A stretch of 64,000 nucleotides of DNA, from the NCBI GenBank assembly GCA_965220965.1, contig OZ244852.1, positions 1,952,001 to 2,016,000 of the forward strand, written 5' to 3'. The position numbers and the translations under genes are program-made. Below the pieces are notes generated by a model that saw only the letters and a program-made list of their open reading frames with translations, did no database searches and was not told the DNA's origin. Below, in pieces: positions 56,622-64,000 of this stretch (positions are counted from its first letter, which is position 1; each line of letters opens with the position of its first letter). Origin of the DNA: Candidatus Marinacidobacterium sp. (lineage in GTDB: Bacteria > Acidobacteriota > Vicinamibacteria > Marinacidobacterales > Marinacidobacteraceae).

Positions 56622-59471
56622 TCAGGAGGCCCGCCGCGCGGCCTCGGGCGCGCCGAACAGCTCTCGCAGGTAGCGCCCGGTCCACGAGAGCGGGTCGTCG
56701 GCGACCTGCTCCGGCGTCCCGCTGGCGATGACCTCGCCTCCCTTGTCCCCGCCCTCGGGGCCGAGGTCGATCAGGTGGTCGGCGGTCTTGATCACGTCCA
56801 GGTTGTGCTCGATCACCAGCACCGTGTTGCCGGCGTCCACCAGCCGTTCGAGGACCCGAAGCAGACGGGCGATGTCCTCGAAATGGAGCCCGGTCGTGGG
56901 CTCGTCGAGGATGTAGAAGGTGTCCCCGCGGGAGCGCTTCGCCAGCTCGCGGGAGAGCTTGACGCGCTGCGCCTCGCCCCCGGAGAGGGTGGGCGAGGGC
57001 TGGCCCAGCCGGAGGTAGCCGAGGCCCACGTCCTGGACCGTCTGCAGGATGTTCAGGATCGAGGGCTGCGAGGCGAAGACCTGGACGGCTTCGGCGACGG
57101 TCAGGTCGAGCACTTCGGCGATATTCCGGCCCTGGTAGCGCACCGTGAGCGTCTGGTCGTTGAAGCGCTTGCCGGAACAGACCTGGCAGGACACGAAGAC
57201 ATCGGCGAGGAAATGCATCTCCACCCGGATGACCCCGTCCCCCCGGCAGTGCTCGCAGCGCCCGCCGGGGACGTTGAACGAGAACCGGCCGGGCGCGTAG
57301 CCCTGCGCCCGCGCCGCCGGCAGCGCGGCGAAGAGCGTCCGGATGCCGTCGAACGCCTTGGTGTAGGTGGCGGGATTCGAGCGCGGAGTCCGTCCGATGG
57401 GCGACTGGTCGATGTCCACAACGCGCCCGATCTCGCCGAGGCCCTCGATCCGGGTGTGCGCGCCGACCGGCCGGTCCGAATGCCCGAGCGCCCGCGCCAG
57501 TCCCCGGTGGAGCACCTCGTAGACCAGGGTGCTCTTCCCCGCGCCGGAGACCCCGGTGATGCAGGTGAGCGTCCCGAGCGGGATCCGCACATCGACGCCC
57601 TTGAGGTTGTTGGCGCGCGCGCCCACCACCCGGATCGCCCGCCGCGAGGAGCGCCGGCGGGCGGGCGTCTGGATCTCCAGATCGCCGGCCAGGTAGCGCC
57701 CGGTGAGGGACTTCGGGTTCCGGCGGACCTCGGCCGGGGTTCCCTCGGCGACGACTTCGCCGCCGTAGACCCCGGCGCCGGGGCCGAAGTCCACGATGTG
57801 GTCGGATGCCTCGATCGTCTCGCGGTCGTGTTCCACCACCACGACGGTGTTCCCGATGTCGCGGAGACGATGGAGCGCCTCGAGCAGGCGGCCGTTGTCG
57901 CGGGCGTGGAGCCCGATCGAGGGCTCGTCGAGGATGTAGACGACCCCGGTGAGCTCCGATCCGATCTGGCTGGCCAGCCGGATGCGCTGCGACTCGCCGC
58001 CGGAGAGGCTGGGCGCCAGCCGGTCGAGCGAGAGGTAGCCGAGCCCCACGTCCTTCAGGAACCGCAGCCGGTTGCCGATCTCCTTGAGCAGCTCGGCGCC
58101 GATCACCAGGGCGGCGCCCCGGAGATCGAGTCCGTTCACGAAGTCGAGCGCCTGCTCGATGGACATCCGCGAGAGCTCGGCGATGGAGCGCCCGCCAACG
58201 TCGACCGCCAGCGCTTCCGGCCGCATCCGGCTCCCCTCGCAGGCCCGGCAGGTCCGGTTCGAGAAGAACCGGCCGTAGTAGCGGCGCGCGCGGTCGGACG
58301 AGGTCTCGCGCATCCGCCGGGTGAGGAGCGGGAGCACGCCTTCCCAGTGAACCCGCCGGGTGGAGCCGTGGTAGGCGACTTCGATCCGCTTCGTCCCGGC
58401 GCCCAGCAGGAGGATGTCGCGCTTCGACTGCGCCAGCCGCCGCCAGGGCTGGATGAAGGAGATGTTGAACCGGCGCGCCACCTCGCGGATCACGGTGGCT
58501 TCCCAGCCGCCGCGTTCGGCGAACGGGCCCCAGAGCGCCACCGCCCCCTCGTTCACGCTGCGCGACGGATCGGGCACGACGAGATCCGGGTCGACCTCGC
58601 TGCTTGACCCGAGCCCGTTGCAGGCGGCGCACATTCCCTGGGGGCTGTTGAAGGAGAACAGTTGGGGCGTCAGTTCGGGGAAGCCGATCCCGCAGACCGG
58701 GCAGCCGCCCTTCTCGGAGAAGAGGCGGTCGGCTTCCTCGCCCTCCACCTGGACGGCGAGGCTCCCGTCCCCTTCGCGCAGGGCGGTCTCGACCGAGTCG
58801 GTGACCCGCCCGCGCCATTCGTCGTCGGGCGACTCGGGGCGGAGCAGCCGGTCCACCACGATGTCCACATCGTGCTTCTTCCGCTTCTCGAGCGCGGGGA
58901 CGTCCTCGACCCGGCGGATCTCGCCGTCGATCCGCGCCCGCGCGTATCCGCGGCGGAGGATGGACTCGAGCGTTCCCTTGAACTCGCCCTTGCGGTTCAC
59001 CACGACCGGGGCGAGCACCAGGAAGCGCGCCCCTTCCGGGAGGGCGGCGAGCTCGTCCACGATCTCCTGGGCGCTCTGCGGCTTTACCGGGCGTCGGCAA
59101 CGGGGGCAGTGGGCGACGCCGATCCGGGCGAACAGGACCCGGAGGTAGTCGCTGATCTCGGTGATCGTGCCGACGGTGGAGCGCGGGTTGTGGCTCGCGG
59201 ACTTCTGGTCCACCGAGATCGTCGGCGAGAGCCCGGTGATCGTGTCGTAGAGGGGCTTGTCCATCTGCCCCAGGAACTGGCGGGCGTAGCTGGACAGCGA
59301 CTCGACGTACCGCCGCTGTCCTTCGGCGTACAGGGTGTCGAGCGCCAGCGACGACTTGCCGGAGCCGGAAACGCCGCTCAGAACGACGAGGCGCTTCTTC
59401 GGGATCCGAACGGTGATGTTCTTGAGATTGTGTTGCCGGGCGCCCCGCACCACCAGGGTGTCGGGTTCCAT
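56622..59471 (-). CDS. uvrA: Excinuclease ABC subunit A
   Basis: [59 protein letters not shown], zinc fingers. Confidence 0.98.
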   Translation of the reverse strand: MEPDTLVVRGARQHNLKNITVRIPKKRLVVLSGVSGSGKSSLALDTLYAEGQRRYVESLSSYARQFLGQMDKPLYDTITGLSPTISVDQKSASHNPRSTVGTITEISDYLRVLFARIGVAHCPRCRRPVKPQSAQEIVDELAALPEGARFLVLAPVVVNRKGEFKGTLESILRRGYARARIDGEIRRVEDVPALEKRKKHDVDIVVDRLLRPESPDDEWRGRVTDSVETALREGDGSLAVQVEGEEADRLFSEKGGCPVCGIGFPELTPQLFSFNSPQGMCAACNGLGSSSEVDPDLVVPDPSRSVNEGAVALWGPFAERGGWEATVIREVARRFNISFIQPWRRLAQSKRDILLLGAGTKRIEVAYHGSTRRVHWEGVLPLLTRRMRETSSDRARRYYGRFFSNRTCRACEGSRMRPEALAVDVGGRSIAELSRMSIEQALDFVNGLDLRGAALVIGAELLKEIGNRLRFLKDVGLGYLSLDRLAPSLSGGESQRIRLASQIGSELTGVVYILDEPSIGLHARDNGRLLEALHRLRDIGNTVVVVEHDRETIEASDHIVDFGPGAGVYGGEVVAEGTPAEVRRNPKSLTGRYLAGDLEIQTPARRRSSRRAIRVVGARANNLKGVDVRIPLGTLTCITGVSGAGKSTLVYEVLHRGLARALGHSDRPVGAHTRIEGLGEIGRVVDIDQSPIGRTPRSNPATYTKAFDGIRTLFAALPAARAQGYAPGRFSFNVPGGRCEHCRGDGVIRVEMHFLADVFVSCQVCSGKRFNDQTLTVRYQGRNIAEVLDLTVAEAVQVFASQPSILNILQTVQDVGLGYLRLGQPSPTLSGGEAQRVKLSRELAKRSRGDTFYILDEPTTGLHFEDIARLLRVLERLVDAGNTVLVIEHNLDVIKTADHLIDLGPEGGDKGGEVIASGTPEQVADDPLSWTGRYLRELFGAPEAARRAS

Positions 59472-59586
59472 GCGAGATGTGCAGTCTAGTCGGGGGAGAG
59501 GGGGCGCGGCCCCGGAAACGGCGGCGGTTTCAGGTCCCCGAAACCGGGGCGCACCCCCCTCGCCGGAAGGTGAATCGGGGCCTGCG

Positions 59587-60990
59587 ATGATCTCCCCCGT
59601 GTTGCGGCGCTTCGCGGGTCTCGACATCTACGCGGTCCTCTTCGGCCTGATCCTGCTGGCCGCCGCCGCGACCTGGATCGTCCCCGCCGGTTCCTACGAG
59701 CGGACGCTCCTCCCCGACGGCCGCGAGACCGTGGTTCCCGGGTCGTTCCGGACCGTCGAGCCCTCGCCGGTCGGGGCGATGGACGTGCTGACCGCGATCC
59801 CCGACGGCCTCGCCGAGGCCGACGCCATCGTGTTCCTCGTGCTCCTCGTCGGGGGCTCGGTCGGCGTGGTGGCCCGCGCCGGCGTCCTGCATCTCGGGAT
59901 CCACCGCCTGCTGCGTCTCGGCGGAGGCCGGGTGGAGGTTCTGCTCCCGGTCCTGATGTTCGCGTTCGCGGCGCTGGCGGCGGTCGTGGGGACCCCCGAG
60001 CTGGCGATCGCGTATCTCCCCATCCTGACCCCGCTCATGCTTCGGCTGGGTTGCGACCGGATGACCGCACTCGCGGCGTGTCTCCTCCCAACGACGCTCG
60101 GGGCCGCGTTCGGGCCCGCGGTCCCGGCGAGCGTCGGGATCGGCCACCAGCTCGCTGGCCTGCCGATGTTCTCGGGGGCCGGCTACCGGGGCGTCTTCTG
60201 GTTCGTCATCCAGGTGGCGGCGATCTGGTTCGTGGTGCGCCACGCCCGCCGCGTGCGGCGCTCCGGGAGCGTGGAGGCCCCCGAGCGGACCGAGACCGCC
60301 GACGGAGGGGAGGCCGCCCCGGATCCCGAGACGCGCTCCTTCAGCCGGAGGCAGCGCATCGCCGGGGCGCTTGCGCTTCTCATGTTCGGCGGGTTCGTGG
60401 CGGCGGTGCTCGGGGTCGGACTCGGGTTCGCCGAGATCTCCGGGCTCTTCGTCGCGATCGCGGTGGTGACCTCGCTCATCGCCGGACGCGGCGTCAACCG
60501 AATCTGCGCCGACTTCAACGAGGCGTTCCGGGAGATCCTCCCGGGAGCGCTCATCTGCGGCGTGGCGCGCGGCGTTTCGGTCGTCCTCGAGGCGGGCGGC
60601 GTGCTCGACACGCTGGTCCACGGGCTCGCGGCGCTCGTCGGCAACCTGCCCGAGGCGCTGACCGCCGTCGGGGTCCTGCTGGCGCAGACCACGTTCAACT
60701 TCGTCGTCCCCTCCGCCAGCGGGCAGAGCCTCATCACCCTGCCGGTGCTGATCCCGCTCGCGGACCTCGTCGGGCTGACGCGGCAGGTCGTCGTCCTCGG
60801 GACCCAGTGGGGCGACGGCATCACGAACGTCATCTTCCCGACGTCGGGTTACTTCATGGCCGCGCTCGTCATCGCCCGCATCCGGCTCTCCGCCTGGGTG
60901 CGGTTCTACCTGCCGCTGTTCGCCGTCGTGCTCGGGATCTCGATCCTTGGGCTGGTCATCGCCCAGGGGATCCGGCTGGGTCCGTTCTGA
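59587..60990 (+). CDS. YfcC/DcuC-like (C4-dicarboxylate anaerobic carrier family) transporter
   Basis: [47 protein letters not shown]. Confidence 0.87.
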   Translation: MISPVLRRFAGLDIYAVLFGLILLAAAATWIVPAGSYERTLLPDGRETVVPGSFRTVEPSPVGAMDVLTAIPDGLAEADAIVFLVLLVGGSVGVVARAGVLHLGIHRLLRLGGGRVEVLLPVLMFAFAALAAVVGTPELAIAYLPILTPLMLRLGCDRMTALAACLLPTTLGAAFGPAVPASVGIGHQLAGLPMFSGAGYRGVFWFVIQVAAIWFVVRHARRVRRSGSVEAPERTETADGGEAAPDPETRSFSRRQRIAGALALLMFGGFVAAVLGVGLGFAEISGLFVAIAVVTSLIAGRGVNRICADFNEAFREILPGALICGVARGVSVVLEAGGVLDTLVHGLAALVGNLPEALTAVGVLLAQTTFNFVVPSASGQSLITLPVLIPLADLVGLTRQVVVLGTQWGDGITNVIFPTSGYFMAALVIARIRLSAWVRFYLPLFAVVLGISILGLVIAQGIRLGPF

Positions 60991-61040
60991 TCCGGAAGCG
61001 CAGCCCCCGGATAGCCTTGGCCCGAAGGGAGAACGACCCC

Positions 61041-61583
61041 GTGAAGACCCACCTGCTCACGCCCGAACCGCTGACTCCCGAGGCCTTCGCCCCCTTCGGC
61101 GAGGTCATGGAAGCGAAGGAGCGCCCCCCCGACACACGGCGGTTCTTCCCGCTCGACTTCCGCATCGAGGGCCGCACGACGATGGACGTGATCTGGCAGC
61201 CGCTGGCCGAGCCGAGGTTCCACATGCTGGAGCGCCACTTCGCGGTCACCCAGACGTTCATCCATCTGGGCGGCCCGCCGGCGGTCGTCGCCGTCGGGGC
61301 TCCCACGGATCTGACCGACGAATCGGCGATCCCGCCGCCCGATGCGATGCGGGCGTTCCTCATCCAGCCCGGCCAGGGCTACGTCTACCGGATCGGGACC
61401 TGGCACTCGCTGGACCGCTATCTGTTCGAGCCCCCCGGCTCGCGCTTCCTCATCGTGAACGTGGACCCGAATCCGACCCAGTTCGTGGACGCCCGGGAGC
61501 GCTTCGGGGTGGAGTTCGAGATTCGCCCGCCGGACCCGGAGGGCGTGGCCGCTATGGAACGCCCGCCGACCGACGCCGACTGA
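61041..61583 (+). CDS. Ureidoglycolate lyase (AllA)-like cupin protein
   Basis: PEPLTPEAFAPFGEV, LERH...TQTF, AFLIQPGQG, GTWH. Confidence 0.8.
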   Translation: MKTHLLTPEPLTPEAFAPFGEVMEAKERPPDTRRFFPLDFRIEGRTTMDVIWQPLAEPRFHMLERHFAVTQTFIHLGGPPAVVAVGAPTDLTDESAIPPPDAMRAFLIQPGQGYVYRIGTWHSLDRYLFEPPGSRFLIVNVDPNPTQFVDARERFGVEFEIRPPDPEGVAAMERPPTDAD

Positions 61584-61974
61584 CGCACCGGCTCGACCTG
61601 CCGCCGCACCTCCCCGTTGACGCTGGAAGGACGGGACGAGGACACTCTGGCGGCCCGGTCTCCCGCCACCCTCCGCAACAGCGCGGGTCTTCCGGCGCCA
61701 TCCACGGGCTCCCCGCGGCCGCGCTCCCCGTCCCGCTGCCCCAGGCTCCCCTCCTCCGGATCCGACTCCCTCGACTGGCAAGACGGAGTGGGCCTGCCCA
61801 CATCCTTCTCCGCTCCACATTGTGCTCGGGTATCCTCCGGGTGGCAGCCGGCCTCGGGGCGCCCGGCGCGAGCATAGGCGTCGAGGGCCTCGCTATGCTG
61901 CCGGGTACTCACTCCTGCGTCGCGGCCACGCTGGGCGGACGCACTTGGTGACCGCCGGAGGACCACAGAAGACC

Positions 61975-62196
61975 ATGACTTGGACGGCCGAACTCCAGAA
62001 ACTCAGGAAATCCACTCCGGCTGTCGACGAGATCATGAAGGTGTACGAGCACGCAGATAGGGCCTACAAGGCTGCGTTGGTCGCGATGGGTCAACAGGCC
62101 GTTGATCCTTCAGCTACCGTGGCATCAACCAACACTGTCGTCACGCTGGATCGTGACGGCAGTTCGAAAGGTTCCCTGGACACTCGGAGACAGTAG
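61975..62196 (+). CDS. Small hypothetical protein (73 aa)
   Basis: GGAGG upstream; ATG 61975; helical-looking N-half; ends 3 nt before the protease ORF. Confidence 0.6.
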   Translation: MTWTAELQKLRKSTPAVDEIMKVYEHADRAYKAALVAMGQQAVDPSATVASTNTVVTLDRDGSSKGSLDTRRQ

Positions 62197-62199
62197 GCC

Positions 62200-63204
62200 G
62201 TGGGTGCGCCACCACCCCATGATGCGCCCTCCGAGCGCGTGTGGCCCGACCCACTTCCAGACTCTTACGGAGGCCTGGAGGCATTCCTGACTCAGGATCG
62301 CGAGATCAATCTCTTTGGCCTCCGACTAGAGACCTTTCGCCGAATCGAGAAGGAGACTGGGCGTCCACTGCTGTGCTATGCAACACAAACGGTGAGCGCA
62401 TCGTCGGGAGCTCCAGTATCTATCGACGATGGAGACTTGATCGGATTCAGCGACTTGATTGGTTCCGTTAGTGATGACACAGCGGACGTATTCCTGATTT
62501 CCAACGGTGGGTCGGCGGAAGCAAGTGAACGTATCGTCAGACAATTGAGGGGGCGCTTCAAGAACATTCGTTTTCTCGTCCCGTCCAACGCGTACAGCGC
62601 GGCGACTCTTCTGTGTTTTTCTGGGGACGAAGTCCTGATGCTCCCCGAGGGCACTCTGGGCCCCATTGATCCTCAGTTGAACGGGGTTCCTGTCAGAGCA
62701 ATAAAGCGGGCATTCGAGACGCTGGAGGAGCGTCTCGCAAAAGAGGGCCCAGGTGCCCTAACAGCGTACGTGCCGCTCCTTCAGAAGTACGACCTCCATC
62801 TCCTGGAGCAGTGTCAGATCGCGCAGGATTTGTCGAGTGAACTGGCGTTGACGTGGCTCACTAAGTATGGAATGAAGAACGCACCCAGGAAGAAGGTCGA
62901 GACGGCCGTTGAATTCTTCGGAGACTGGGATCTGCACAAGAGTCATGGCCGCAGCATTGGTGTTGAGGCCGCAAGACAGATCGGGATTCCCGCGACGCTC
63001 CTGACGGGTTCGCTGGCAGACCTTATTCGCAGTCTCTATCATCAGTATGTGTTCTTCTTTGAGAAGACGCACTTCTGCAAGGTCTTCGAGAATGCGAGAG
63101 GAATTGCGTGGGGCCGGCACTATGCACAGGAAGTGATCAACATCCCTCTGGGGAAATCTCACAGCTCTCCCAAACACTGTCTAGGAGAGTCAACGCCGCC
63201 ATGA
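62200..63204 (+). CDS. SDH-family Clp-fold (S49/ClpP-like) serine protease
   Basis: LISNGGS, AYSAATLL (Ser), LGPIDPQ (Asp), HKSHGRSI (His), KVFEN. Confidence 0.87.
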   Translation: MGAPPPHDAPSERVWPDPLPDSYGGLEAFLTQDREINLFGLRLETFRRIEKETGRPLLCYATQTVSASSGAPVSIDDGDLIGFSDLIGSVSDDTADVFLISNGGSAEASERIVRQLRGRFKNIRFLVPSNAYSAATLLCFSGDEVLMLPEGTLGPIDPQLNGVPVRAIKRAFETLEERLAKEGPGALTAYVPLLQKYDLHLLEQCQIAQDLSSELALTWLTKYGMKNAPRKKVETAVEFFGDWDLHKSHGRSIGVEAARQIGIPATLLTGSLADLIRSLYHQYVFFFEKTHFCKVFENARGIAWGRHYAQEVINIPLGKSHSSPKHCLGESTPP

Positions 63205-63512
63205 CGCGACAGCGAGTGTGGCGCACCCATCAGGGCTCGACGCGCGGGCCCTTCGGGAGGAGACGCTGAACGGTGGTCGCAAAGGGGGGAACGTGGCCCA
63301 TGATGGTGCTCTCCGCCTCGGTCTCCGGTCCGAGTCGGATCCCGATCCGGTCGCCGCCGGATGTCGGAGCGAGGTGAGCCCTCAGACGGATTCGCACGCA
63401 TCCTTGGGAATACTCGGCTGGGAGAGGGCGGAAAAGGAGAGGCAACCAAGAGGCTGGCGCGGTGCCGATCGCCCTGCGTAGTCCGACGCCACGAGCCCGT
63501 CGTGGCGAGGCG

Positions 63513-64000
63513 ATGCCGATCACCCCGGCCGTTCTGACCTGGGCCAGGAAGCACACCGGCTTCTCGCCCGAAGAGGCGACCCGGAAGTTCCCGAAGATGC
63601 CCCAGTGGGAATCGGGAAGGGCGCGGCCGACATATCCGGAGCTCGAGAGAGTGGCCGACGCGTTCTCGAAGCCGGTCGCGGTCTTCTTCTTCCCGGAGCC
63701 TCCTGCCGTGAAGTCGCCATCGAAGTCCTTCCGGACCCTCCCCGAAGATGGCTTCGAGCGCCTGCCGCACCAGCTCCGCAAGCTGCTGAACCGGGCGACG
63801 GCGCTTCAGATGAGCCTCTTCGAGCTCCACGGCGGCAGGAACCCCATCTCGCCGACGATCGTCGAGACCGTCGGAGGGTCGGACCTTCCGATCCACACGC
63901 TGGCGGCGCGGGCGAGGTCGGCCCTCGGAGTCTCGATGGCGACCCAGCAGAGCTGGGAGGACGCCGAGACCGCGCTTGCGGCGTGGCGCACGGCCTTCGA
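63513..64000 (+). CDS. XRE-HTH protein, probably ImmA/IrrE (DUF955) metallopeptidase fusion; truncated by window
   Basis: Manual translation: MPITPAVLTWARKHTG...QWESGRARPTYPELERVADAFSKPVAVFFFPEPP...SFRTLP...QQSW.D...ALAAWR. HExxH not reached. Confidence 0.78.
   Translation, partial: MPITPAVLTWARKHTGFSPEEATRKFPKMPQWESGRARPTYPELERVADAFSKPVAVFFFPEPPAVKSPSKSFRTLPEDGFERLPHQLRKLLNRATALQMSLFELHGGRNPISPTIVETVGGSDLPIHTLAARARSALGVSMATQQSWEDAETALAAWRTAF

Larger units (their letters stand above)
61960..64000. mobile_element. Probable start of a horizontally acquired island
   Basis: Abrupt rise in A/T-ending codons from ~61960, strongest 62250-63200; accessory-type genes; no integrase or att site seen. 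Confidence 0.45.

Noticed and set aside
59472-59586. LexA box upstream of uvrA
   Set aside because: No convincing match to the LexA motifs I know; only a short GAAAC/GTTTC inverted pair
61584-61974. tRNA or tmRNA integration site at the island edge
   Set aside because: No cloverleaf, T-loop GTTCGA or CCA end found by eye
63218-63481. 87-aa ORF between the protease and the HTH gene
   Set aside because: No RBS, motif or coding-like composition; treated as intergenic

Overview
Very GC-rich bacterial chromosome segment with about 56 genes. It is probably Acidobacteriota, inferred from the VWFA-related proteins, the split Fo operon and the DUF5916/DUF5107/YHYH-type secreted proteins. The left half is housekeeping and bioenergetic: a GH20 hydrolase, rpiA plus an osmoprotectant ABC transporter, a nuoL-nuoM-atpZ-atpI-atpB-atpE unit with its own sigma70-like promoter, mtnA, 2-oxoacid:ferredoxin oxidoreductase, pdxST, a degenerate NtrC-like regulator, a poly-Pro Pal, pyrKDF, a GspE/PilB ATPase and HU. 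The middle holds secreted hydrolases, a recent tandem duplication of VWA proteins, GGT and an SDR-TRAP operon. The right part has DUF433 and AAA-DUF4143, a TPR protein, amidohydrolases, rhomboid, uvrA, YfcC and an AllA-like gene, then a lower-GC insert (small ORF, Clp-fold SDH protease, truncated HTH/IrrE-like gene). Three observations stand out. (1) NuoL carries an exact 26-residue duplication in its lateral helix, the hallmark of four-pump '2M' complex I, yet sits with a single nuoM ahead of Fo genes and near korAB. (2) Two near-identical VWA genes differ by a fully swapped, equal-length 21-codon loop, and each follows a sigma54-like motif. (3) The right edge holds a candidate protease-based defence or regulatory island. 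No rRNA, tRNA, CRISPR array, transposase or integrase was recognised. All family calls are from motif recognition by eye, not database searches.
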